Shown in pieces: positions 7,557-16,170 of a stretch of DNA of 32,000 nucleotides (position 1 is the first letter of the stretch; each line of letters opens with the position of its first letter). A program made the position numbers and the translations under genes. The notes beneath the pieces were generated by a model that worked only from the letters and a program-made list of their open reading frames with translations, was not told the origin of the DNA and did not search any database. Source of the stretch: an uncultured Chloroflexia bacterium (GTDB lineage Bacteria > Chloroflexota > Ktedonobacteria > Ktedonobacterales > JADMIN01); contig CAVRAI010000014.1 in the NCBI GenBank assembly GCA_963718915.1, positions 150,001-182,000 on the forward strand, given 5' to 3'.

Positions 7557-10500
7557 TTAGCCGCGTGCGTTGATGAGCGAGTTGAGCGTATTGATTAACT
7601 GCTCATCCTGGTATGGCTTGACGAGATAGGCGTCCGCGCCAAGCTGATCCGCACGATGTTTGTGCTTGGTGGCCGCGCGCGAGGTCAGCACGATCAACGG
7701 CAGCGTGCGATACATATCCTGGCTGCGGACGGTGGCGATCAGCTCATAGCCGTCCATGCGCGGCATCTCGATATCCAGCAGGACGGCGGCGGGCCGCTCG
7801 CGTCCGATGATCTCCAGCGCCTCCACACCATCCCGCGCGGTCTGCACCGCCCAGCCCGCATTCTTGAGCATGCCGCTCACGACGCGCCGCACGCTTGGGC
7901 TGTCATCCACCACCAGGATGTATGAGTGAGGCTGACCCGCCACAACCGGATGACCTGTCGTGCGCTGTGGGATGACGAAGGCGCGCTGCGCGGGTTGCGA
8001 GGGCGATCCCGTCACCGACGGATGCGACGCCGGGCCGCTGGCCTGCGATGCGCGATCCCATGGCGCTGGTGGGAGCGGCTCAGTGGGCAGATGCGACGAC
8101 GTCACCTGTGGGTGTGGAGCGGGCACGGATGCTGGTCGTTGTGGTGGCTCCGGCGGTGTCTCGGCGCGGCGCGAGCTGCCCGGTTCGGCCAGGGTGAAAC
8201 CGCCGCGTGGCTGCTGCGAGAGCAACTCATGCAGTTCGAGAATCAGCACAATCTGGCCGTTACCCAGCACCGTCGCCCCAGCTACCCCGCGAACATCGCG
8301 CAGATGTGAGCCAAGCGGCTTCGAGACGATCTCTTGCTGGTTGATGATGCTATCGATCAGCAGCGCAATGCGATGCTTGCCCGCGTTGACCAGCAGCACC
8401 GAGGAACGCTCATCCACCACACCGACCGGAACCTTCAGGTAATTGCCCAGGTGCGCCAGCGGGTAGCGCTCGCCACGCATCTCGATGGCGGGTACCGCGC
8501 CAGGCACCCGACGATAGTAATCGAGCCGACCAATCTGCTCGACCACCGCCATCGGAATGGCCAGCGTCTGCTCGCCGACTTTCACCATCACCGCGCGGGC
8601 GATCTGCAGGCTGATGGGGAACTTCATCGTGAACGTCGTTCCCTGTCCCAGCACCGTATCGACCTCGACCGAGCCGCGCAGCCGGGTGACGACATCGTTC
8701 ACCACATCCAGGCCAACCCCGCGCCCGCTCTCCTCGGTGACGCTCTCGGCGGTGGAATAGCCAGGGCGGAAGATGAAGTCTATCGCCTCCTTCTCAGAGA
8801 TGGGCGTATAGGCGTCGATCAGGCCGCGCGCGACAGCCGCCGCGCGCACCTTTTCGGGGTCAATGCCCGCGCCATCGTCGCTGACCGAGATGATGACCTG
8901 GCTGCCTTCGTAGGCTGCCTTGACGAGAATGCGTCCCGCGCGCTGTTTGCCGTTGGCCTCGCGCTCCTCGGGCGCCTCGATGCCGTGATTGACGGCATTT
9001 CGCACCAGATGCAGCAGCGGGCCTTCCACCTCTTCAAAGACTTTGCGATCTACCTCGGTCTCGACGCCCTCGACGAAGAACTCGACCTCTTTGTGCGCTC
9101 GTAGCGCCGAGCCGCGCACCGCGCGATAGAGACGCGGCGTGAGCGATTGCAGCGGCACCAGCCGCGCCTTGAGCAGACGATCCTGGAAGTCGGAGCTGAG
9201 GCGATTCTCGCGCGCAAAGGTCGTCTGCGCCTCGCGAATCAGCGTCTCCATCTCGTGGCTCAGGCTCATCGCATCGGAGACACTCTCGCTCAATCCGCGC
9301 GAGAGGCGGTGGAATTCAGTATAGCGGTCAAGTTCCAGCGGGTCGAACTCGTTGCCAAACGCGGGCATTCTCCCCTTATTGCCGCCAAAACCGTTGCCCG
9401 CCACTTGCCCGCGCATCGCCATTCCATTCGCTGGTCCAGTGCCGGGACGCGCCATGGGACCCTGCCCATTCGCCAGCATCGTCGTCTCGAAACCCGTTTC
9501 AAGCTCACCACCGACATCGCGCAGGCGTTCGCTGACCTGCACCGTCTCGCCGACAATCTGGCCCAGGCGCTCGATGCGCTCTTCGAGCACGGATCGATTG
9601 ATGAGCAGCTCACCGAAAAGATTCACCAGATCATCCAGCTTGCTCAGTTGCAGCCGGACGCTCAGGTCGCTGGAAGGCTGTTTCGGCGAGGCGTCTGGGC
9701 GGTCGTCTGGCTCGATCAGGTCAACTGATCCGCCTCTGGCGCCTGGATGCGACGAGAAAAGATCGTCAGGGATAGGAATACCCGTCAGGGCGCTGTAGCG
9801 TTCGATGAGCGCGCGCACCTTGGCGGGCTGCGCCTCAGTGGGAATCGCGCCCGCGACGAGTTGATCGAGCATCTCAGAGGTATCGAGAATCAGGCTATGG
9901 ACGTTGGAAGTGAATGTTAACTGCCCATCCGCCAGCCGTTCGAGCAAGTCCTCAGAGACATGAGACAGTTCCTGAATGAGCCGGAAGCCCATCATGCCCG
10001 CCGCGCCCTTGAGCGTGTGGGTCGCGCGGCGAATCGAGCGAATCACCTCCACATCACCCGGATGATGTTCCAGTTCCTCGATGCCGCTGGTGATCGTATG
10101 CAGGTGCTCAAGCGCCTCTTCGTGGAACACCTCCTGCGCTTCGGGCGATTGCTCGCTGGTGACCTGCCGCTGGCGACGCACGTTCTCGCTGGCGAATGGC
10201 AGGCGCGACAGCACTCGCACGCCGCCATCCTGTATCGTCACCGCGCTGGCGCCCAGACCGGGTTGAAGTTCGGCAAGCAGCTCGCGCCGAATCGCGATCT
10301 CCAGTTCGTGACGCAGGCGCTGTTCCTCGCTCTGGCGCACCTCGGCGGCGATTTCATCGCGCACGTCATCTTCAAGCTCGCGCCGCAGCTCCTCGCGCAC
10401 AGAACGTTCTATCTCCACACGCGCGCCCGGCGAGAGCGCCTGCTCGCCTCCACTGCCTGGCGCCCAGGTGATCTGGGCCACGGTGGCGCTAAAGCCCGCG

Positions 10501-11852
10501 TCTGGCGAGCCGCCCATCGTGCTGATCGCGCCGGAAATCTGGCCGAGTCCGCGAATCGCGTCGCGCAGTTCGTTCAGCGTCTCGTCAATTTGCTCCTGAG
10601 TCACCGTCAAACTGCGGCTGGAGTTGTGAATCAGCGTGACAAGTCGCTTTAATCGTGCGGTTGTCACCCAGATCACCGAGAGTGGCAGGTATTGGCGCAC
10701 GCCGTCAGGGCTGCTCGGCAGATCGAGGCCCATCTGCTGGCCGGCCCAGATCTCCAGGCGGGCCAGGGCATCCTGCGAGCCGTCCAGGAACGTGCTCAGC
10801 TCGGTGCGCTCATCGTCCATCGTCTGTGCGGCCTGGCGCAATTGCGCGACCACATCACGTAACTGGCCAGCCTGACGACGGACAGCCTCTTCATCAGTGT
10901 ATAGCTCGTCGACGACCGACCCTTCCATCCCACCACCTTGCACCGCGGGCACATTGGAGGATGGCGCCGAGGATGCGGAGGGGGCGGGGGCAGGCGTGAT
11001 GAAAGGCGACTGTATCGGCATGGTGGCTGGCTGCGAGACATCCCATGCGGGCTGTGAAGGCTGTGCGGGTTGTGCGGGACGCGACGGATCGGACGGAAAC
11101 GATGTCGCGCCCGGACGTGAAGGCTGACTGCTTGATGGGATGGACGGCGCTGCGGGCATGGCCTGCATAGCGCGAGTGCCTAGCTCCGCGATGTCGGTTC
11201 CGGGCATGGATGTTCCGGGCGTGGATGATCCTGGCATGACGGCTGGCGGCGCTCCGGTGGGCCGGTCGGCGAAATCCTCCGGTGGTTGCTGCTGCTGCCC
11301 ATTCGCGTTCGATGCGGCGAAGGCTGCCATCCACTCCGGCGCCTGAAGGCCTGGCGAGGTCAGGATGCCCCCAGGCGCCCCAGGCGGTTGAGCGCCGTTG
11401 AATCCCGGCTGGCTGCGCAGGCCCGACCCACTTGCCTCGAAGCCGCTCGCGCTATTGGGGATTGTCCCGCGCCAGGCAGAGCGGTCGGCGTCGTCTTCGG
11501 CGACCACCGGCCCATCATCGGCCCCGGTGCGAATATGCTCGACCAGCCGCGACAATCGCCCATGCGAGCGGCGCAGCAGAGCAACCGTTGCGCCAGTCAG
11601 AGAGGTACGGCGATCCAGCGCATCGCTGAGGATTTCCTCCATCCCTTGGGCGACATGCGCCAGCGCCGGGAAGTCCATCATCGCGGCGGAGCCACCAATC
11701 GTATGCGCGCGCCGATACGTTTCTTCCAGCGCTTCGGTATCACCGGGCGATTGTTGCAGGCGATCCAGGTTGGCCTCGATCTCCGGCAAATACGCAGTAA
11801 CCTCATCCAGGAAACTATCGAGGATGGTTGATTTGTCGAAGTTGTCCGTCAT
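7557..11852 (-). CDS. cheA: Hybrid CheA-type histidine kinase, ChpA/FrzE-like: Hpt, low-complexity region, Hpt, dimerisation domain, HATPase, CheW domain, REC
   Basis: Hpt1 YRRAHTIGGSAAMMDF (His50). Hpt2 RRATHTLKGAAGMMGF (His612). P3 LSKLDDLVNLFGELLINRS and DPLELDRYTEF. N-box HLVRNAVNHGIE, G1 DDGAGID, G2 GRGVGLDVV. CheW-like domain GEQTLAIPMAVVEQI. C-terminal receiver VVDDS...LLDIEMPRMDG...LTSR...LVKPY. Confidence 0.92.
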   Translation of the reverse strand: MTDNFDKSTILDSFLDEVTAYLPEIEANLDRLQQSPGDTEALEETYRRAHTIGGSAAMMDFPALAHVAQGMEEILSDALDRRTSLTGATVALLRRSHGRLSRLVEHIRTGADDGPVVAEDDADRSAWRGTIPNSASGFEASGSGLRSQPGFNGAQPPGAPGGILTSPGLQAPEWMAAFAASNANGQQQQPPEDFADRPTGAPPAVMPGSSTPGTSMPGTDIAELGTRAMQAMPAAPSIPSSSQPSRPGATSFPSDPSRPAQPAQPSQPAWDVSQPATMPIQSPFITPAPAPSASSAPSSNVPAVQGGGMEGSVVDELYTDEEAVRRQAGQLRDVVAQLRQAAQTMDDERTELSTFLDGSQDALARLEIWAGQQMGLDLPSSPDGVRQYLPLSVIWVTTARLKRLVTLIHNSSRSLTVTQEQIDETLNELRDAIRGLGQISGAISTMGGSPDAGFSATVAQITWAPGSGGEQALSPGARVEIERSVREELRRELEDDVRDEIAAEVRQSEEQRLRHELEIAIRRELLAELQPGLGASAVTIQDGGVRVLSRLPFASENVRRQRQVTSEQSPEAQEVFHEEALEHLHTITSGIEELEHHPGDVEVIRSIRRATHTLKGAAGMMGFRLIQELSHVSEDLLERLADGQLTFTSNVHSLILDTSEMLDQLVAGAIPTEAQPAKVRALIERYSALTGIPIPDDLFSSHPGARGGSVDLIEPDDRPDASPKQPSSDLSVRLQLSKLDDLVNLFGELLINRSVLEERIERLGQIVGETVQVSERLRDVGGELETGFETTMLANGQGPMARPGTGPANGMAMRGQVAGNGFGGNKGRMPAFGNEFDPLELDRYTEFHRLSRGLSESVSDAMSLSHEMETLIREAQTTFARENRLSSDFQDRLLKARLVPLQSLTPRLYRAVRGSALRAHKEVEFFVEGVETEVDRKVFEEVEGPLLHLVRNAVNHGIEAPEEREANGKQRAGRILVKAAYEGSQVIISVSDDGAGIDPEKVRAAAVARGLIDAYTPISEKEAIDFIFRPGYSTAESVTEESGRGVGLDVVNDVVTRLRGSVEVDTVLGQGTTFTMKFPISLQIARAVMVKVGEQTLAIPMAVVEQIGRLDYYRRVPGAVPAIEMRGERYPLAHLGNYLKVPVGVVDERSSVLLVNAGKHRIALLIDSIINQQEIVSKPLGSHLRDVRGVAGATVLGNGQIVLILELHELLSQQPRGGFTLAEPGSSRRAETPPEPPQRPASVPAPHPQVTSSHLPTEPLPPAPWDRASQASGPASHPSVTGSPSQPAQRAFVIPQRTTGHPVVAGQPHSYILVVDDSPSVRRVVSGMLKNAGWAVQTARDGVEALEIIGRERPAAVLLDIEMPRMDGYELIATVRSQDMYRTLPLIVLTSRAATKHKHRADQLGADAYLVKPYQDEQLINTLNSLINARG

Positions 11853-11948
11853 GCGCTACGTATCGCTTCCGACTAACACGCTGCCTGTTTACAAATCGGC
11901 GCGCTTGCAACACGCTATCCCGGTGAGCCACTCGCTGTCAATACGACA

Positions 11949-13826
11949 TCAGTACGACTGGCCACCCATCTGATCAGGCGGCGGGAACTGGTCATCATTA
12001 TTGTCTGGCCACCCAGGAAAGCCACCACGCTGTCCGTTGCCGGGCCCTCCGTAGTTTGTGCCGTTGCCCATACCATTCCCATTACCCATGCCATTACCCA
12101 TGCCGTTGCCCATACCGGTCTGACCGTTCATGCCGTTCATGCCGTTCGTGCCATTCGTCATGCCGGGAACCGCCGGGTAGTCATAGCTCGTGTTATAGCC
12201 ATCATAGCCAGCGGCATACTCGCCATAGCCTGGGTAACCATCCATGCCGCCGCCCATACCACCCATATTGCCATAGGCTCCGATGGGCGCCGAAGGCCCA
12301 GGCGGCAGTGCGGGCAGCGGCTGCGGCCCATTCACCCACTGCTGCAACCCGGTGTCGGTAGCGGTTGGCTGATAGCCTGTAGCCTGTAGCCCGGCCTCCT
12401 CCGAGATACGGTCGGGCAGACGGAAGGTGGCCACTGAGCCGCGAAGCTGTTCCGCCAGTTCGGCGAGATAGCTCATGTTGTTGGCGGCGTCCTGGGTGGC
12501 GATGGTGGTCTGGCGCGTAATTTCGGCGATCTGGTTCATCGTGTAGGCCACCGCCTCGGCGGTCTGCTTGCGCTCGGATGCCGCCAGCGCGATGCCCTGA
12601 ATCATCTGTGCCTGGTTTTCGACGGCGCCGTAAATGGTTTGTAGCGACTGTCCCGCTTCGTCGGCGAGTTGTGTACCTTTCACCACCTGCTGGGTGCTGT
12701 CTTCCATGGCCACGACAGCGTCGTAGGTATCGCCCTGGATCGCTTTTACGATGTTGGCGATCTTCTTCGTGGCCTCGGTCACGCGCACGGCCAGTTCGCG
12801 GATTTCTTCAGCTACCACCGCGAAACCGCGCCCGTGCTCTCCGGCCATCGCCGACTGAATGGCAGCATTGAGCGCGAGCAAATTCGTCTGATCGGCGATA
12901 TCTTCGATCAGGCGAACAATCTCACCGACCTCCTGGGAGCGCTCGCCCAGTCGCTTGATCTTCTTGGCGGTCTCCTGCACGTTCTCGCGGATACGCGCCA
13001 TACCATCAATCGTCTGAACCACGGCTTCCTGGCCAGCCTCCGCGCTTTGCTGCGCCCCACGCGCCGCATCGGCGGCCTGAAGCGCATTGTTGGCGGAGAG
13101 TTGTACGAAGTCGGCCAGACGAGCCACCGCCTCTGAGGTGCGCACAATCTGTTCTGACTGCGCCTCCGTGGCCTGTGAGACTTCCGCCGAACGATCCAGC
13201 AGGCGACGTGTGGCGGTGGTCACTTGCACGGCGGTGGCCTGCACGCGGCCCACCACTTTCGCCAGCTCTTCGATCATGTAATTGAAGGAGTCCGCAAGCA
13301 CACCCAGGGTATCTGGTGTCACCTCAGCCTGGACGCGCAGATCGCCATCGCCTACCGCGCTGACTTCCTGCAAGAGCTTCTCAATCTGTGCCTGAAGACG
13401 CGCTGCGTCAGGCGCATCGCTCAGCGCCTTCGAGATACCAACGCCGGGCGCTGGCACGCCATCCAGCAGGGCATTGACCGACGCCGCCAGCAACGAATAT
13501 TCGTCGTCGCCAACCACTGCCGCGCGCGCATCGCGCTGGCCAGCGCTGGCCTGGCGGCATACCTCCGCGATTTCAAGAGCGCGCCCGCGCATCAATCCAC
13601 GCATGCGCAGCGCCGCAAAAGCCACGATGAGTACAGTGAGAACCGCAACGATCAGTGTCACCGCCCAGAGCAGCGTTTCGGAGCCAGACCCACTCGATCC
13701 GGAGATCTGGCCGATGCAGTAAAATCCCAGGCCAAGAATAGCAATGGCCGGGATAAGGGTTGCGATGCTCACGAGCAGATTCAGTTGTCCGCTGACCGAT
13801 GCTCCCGTACGGGAATTGGGGTCCAT
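11949..13826 (-). CDS. Methyl-accepting chemotaxis protein: 2 TM helices with a minimal periplasmic loop, HAMP, signalling domain, and a ~158-aa low-complexity tail
   Basis: Signalling hairpin [37 protein letters not shown]. Two N-terminal TM helices are separated by [16 protein letters not shown]-like segment [24 protein letters not shown] lies upstream of ATG 13826. Confidence 0.92.
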   Translation of the reverse strand: MDPNSRTGASVSGQLNLLVSIATLIPAIAILGLGFYCIGQISGSSGSGSETLLWAVTLIVAVLTVLIVAFAALRMRGLMRGRALEIAEVCRQASAGQRDARAAVVGDDEYSLLAASVNALLDGVPAPGVGISKALSDAPDAARLQAQIEKLLQEVSAVGDGDLRVQAEVTPDTLGVLADSFNYMIEELAKVVGRVQATAVQVTTATRRLLDRSAEVSQATEAQSEQIVRTSEAVARLADFVQLSANNALQAADAARGAQQSAEAGQEAVVQTIDGMARIRENVQETAKKIKRLGERSQEVGEIVRLIEDIADQTNLLALNAAIQSAMAGEHGRGFAVVAEEIRELAVRVTEATKKIANIVKAIQGDTYDAVVAMEDSTQQVVKGTQLADEAGQSLQTIYGAVENQAQMIQGIALAASERKQTAEAVAYTMNQIAEITRQTTIATQDAANNMSYLAELAEQLRGSVATFRLPDRISEEAGLQATGYQPTATDTGLQQWVNGPQPLPALPPGPSAPIGAYGNMGGMGGGMDGYPGYGEYAAGYDGYNTSYDYPAVPGMTNGTNGMNGMNGQTGMGNGMGNGMGNGNGMGNGTNYGGPGNGQRGGFPGWPDNNDDQFPPPDQMGGQSY

Positions 13827-14227
13827 AGAGAATGAGACCTCCTGTCACGAGTATTCCGCGGCTGACGCGCAGACTCACGAGATCACCCAAGACCGGGTGT
13901 CCATCTGATACGTCGTATACGTCGGGCACAACAACGGATGAGTCCGCAAACGCTGGGAACCATCGGGTTTCGGGTAGACCCCCTGGCCCAGACAGCATCG
14001 TAAAGGCATGCGATTCGCATACGCTGAATGCTGACACAGCAGCCCCACGCGCACAGCAGAGGCCGCGTATCATCCGCAGTTTATCACATCTGCCCTTGCG
14101 GCCAAAGTAGCATATGACCTTAGACGAGCCGTGCCATGCGCTCTGCGTGGATGATGGCGATCCAGCGCCAATCCTTTGTCATGCCGTGCCCCTGGTATAG
14201 CCCACGCCACCACGTATGCGAACGCGC

Positions 14228-14257
14228 GTCACAGCGTGTCACACTGTGTCACACCTC
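14228..14257. repeat. Three tandem 10-bp units of gtcacaNNNN
   Basis: gtcacagcgt / gtcacactgt / gtcacacctc, read directly. The units overlap the cheW stop codon (14249-14251) at the head of the 420-bp gap before the MCP gene. Confidence 0.6.
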
Positions 14258-14902
14258 ATAACGGTAGTGGTGAATCGCATCGCTGAAGAGCAGGCGCTCG
14301 GGATCAAGCAGAACTACCGTGCGGTCTTCCAGGCGGAAGCTGCCCTCGGCGTACGGCTGGAGCCACGGCGGCGTGTTGGGATCATCCACGGCCAACGTGT
14401 TGTCGGTTGGGCGCATTTCGGTCACGAAATCAACCAGGAAACCAATCGTCATTTCCTTCAGCGTGAGAACCAGGAGGCGGTTACGCGACGACAGTGGCTC
14501 AGGAGTCAGGCCGAAAAACGTGCGCAGATCCACCACTGAAACGATGGATCCCCATACCTGCACCACCCCAAGCACCCACGGCGCGGTATTGGGTATGGAC
14601 GTTATCTCGGTGATGCGCTCGATGCCCTGAACGGCGTCGGCGGGGAGCGCGCATTCGACCGTGCCCAGGAGAAAGAGGATCAACTGTGGTACCCGCTCGG
14701 CGGCTGGATCCACGCCGATCATGCGGGTCAGGTCGTTGAGTTGTTCGGGGTTCGGAATGCCCGCCCGACGCGCCAGTTCCACCAGGGCGTCGGGCGTCAT
14801 TGCCGAGTTGCCTGTGCCCGCGGTTCGCAACGCTTGCAACGCCTGCTGCAGCATCTCGTTCATCTGCCCGCGGCGTGGATCAGGTGCGCTGGAATCGGTC
14901 AT
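14249..14902 (-). CDS. cheW: CheW-like coupling protein (PilI-like position) with a ~70-aa N-terminal extension
   Basis: CheW domain LILFLLGTVECALPADAVQGIERITEITSIPNTAPWVLGVVQVWGSIVSVVDLRTFFG. ATG 14902 overlaps the upstream receiver stop as ATGA (14899-14902). The track ORF extends to 15130. Confidence 0.85.
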   Translation of the reverse strand: MTDSSAPDPRRGQMNEMLQQALQALRTAGTGNSAMTPDALVELARRAGIPNPEQLNDLTRMIGVDPAAERVPQLILFLLGTVECALPADAVQGIERITEITSIPNTAPWVLGVVQVWGSIVSVVDLRTFFGLTPEPLSSRNRLLVLTLKEMTIGFLVDFVTEMRPTDNTLAVDDPNTPPWLQPYAEGSFRLEDRTVVLLDPERLLFSDAIHHYRYEV

Positions 14903-15279
14903 GCGCCAAACCCTGTCAGGTTGCGCACGCTGGAGAGCAATTCTTCTTTGTCGAATGGCTTGGTCAGATAGATATCCGCGCCCTGCTGCAGCCCCCAGCG
15001 CTTGTCGAGCGGCGTGTTCTTCTGGCTGATGAGAATGACCGGAATGTGGCGGCTCTGCTCCATCTGTTTGAGCTTGCGGCAGACCTGGAAGCCGTTCTGC
15101 TTTGGCAGCACGACATCCAGCAGCACGCACTGCGGCCGCTCGCTGATGACTTTTTCCAGCGCCTCGTCGCCGTCCACCGCCGTAATCACATCAAATCCGC
15201 CCTCACGCAGCGGTGTCGCAATAAGTGTCAGATCAGTCCAGCTATCATCCACCACAAGGATCTTTGGTGCGAGCATCAT
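14899..15279 (-). CDS. Single-domain CheY-like response regulator (PilH-like position)
   Basis: ILVVDDS, phospho-acceptor context VLLDVVLPKQNG, ILISQK, YLTKPF. GAGGGAG lies upstream of the ATG. Confidence 0.9.
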   Translation of the reverse strand: MMLAPKILVVDDSWTDLTLIATPLREGGFDVITAVDGDEALEKVISERPQCVLLDVVLPKQNGFQVCRKLKQMEQSRHIPVILISQKNTPLDKRWGLQQGADIYLTKPFDKEELLSSVRNLTGFGA

Positions 15280-15460
15280 AAAACTCCCTCGTGCCTGTCA
15301 GTCGCCCACTGCCAGATGGCCACGCCTGATTGATTCACCACGATGATACCGTCTCATGGGTAGCACGTGCTGTTGAAATACACGTTGCGAGCGCTGATCA
15401 CATGGTGCCCGTCGCTCGTTCAGGCGTCTGCCCCTTTGGAAGAAACCCTTCCAATAATTA

Positions 15461-15495
15461 TGCCAGATAATCGTGCCAGATAATCATACCAGAAT
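15461..15495. promoter_or_regulatory. AT-rich tandem repeat tgccagataatc x2 plus a partial third copy, between the two receiver genes
   Basis: tgccagataatc at 15461-15472 and 15474-15485, then ataccagaat at 15486-15495. A related ataccagataatg occurs at about 16021-16033 in the next intergenic region upstream. Confidence 0.4.
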
Positions 15496-15499
15496 GAAA

Positions 15500-15937
15500 T
15501 TACATCTGGTGGCGTAGTCGCCCCTGCATCCGCATCTCACGGCGCGCCGCACGCTCGCGCGCCGCTGGAGAATCCAGATAGCGCTTAACAGTCTGCGCGA
15601 GTTCGATGGAATCAAAGGGCTTTGTCATATATTCGGTCGAACCGGCGAGCTTGCCACGCATCTTGTCGAACAGGCCGTCTTTGCCACTCAGCATGATGAT
15701 TGGAAGGTCACGATAGGCCATATTCTTACGAATGACCTGACAGATATTATACCCATCCATCCGCGGGAGCATAATATCCAGTAAAATCAGGTCAGGCTGC
15801 TCATCGGCGACTGCCGCCAGCGCCGTCAATCCGTCACCGGCGGTTACGACACGAATGCGCTCACGTTGCAGTGTGAGCTGAACAATCTTGCGTACCGTGG
15901 GGCTATCATCCACCACCAGTACCACTGGCTCACTCAC
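15500..15937 (-). CDS. Single-domain CheY-like response regulator (PilG-like position) with a short basic C-terminal tail
   Basis: VLVVDDS, ILLDIMLPRMDG, IMLSGK, YMTKPF. I prefer GTG 15937 because GGAG (15949-15946) is 8 nt upstream. The track start at 15946 abuts the SD. Confidence 0.9.
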   Translation of the reverse strand: MSEPVVLVVDDSPTVRKIVQLTLQRERIRVVTAGDGLTALAAVADEQPDLILLDIMLPRMDGYNICQVIRKNMAYRDLPIIMLSGKDGLFDKMRGKLAGSTEYMTKPFDSIELAQTVKRYLDSPAARERAARREMRMQGRLRHQM

Positions 15938-16170
15938 CCTGCACACTCCTTTTCACCATAATCACCATGCGCCACATTCGCCGAGGATGACAAACTGACG
16001 CCGAATGGGCCAGTTCAAAGATACCAGATAATGTATCGTCCCGCTGCTTCAGGTTTCCATGACTTTTATATCATGCTCACATCGTCATCCCATCTCGTTC
16101 ACATTACGTTCACGTCAGCGTTTAGGTTATGCTCTGCCCATGCGTGGCTCATGCGCGGCCTATGCGCGGC

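Noticed and set aside
7656-11973. Numerous 60-256 aa plus-strand ORFs (e.g. 8334-9104, 9147-9728, 9960-10652) and off-frame minus ORFs across the cheA hybrid
   Set aside because: All lie inside one continuous 1431-codon frame with ordered Hpt, HATPase, CheW and REC domains. They are compositional artefacts.
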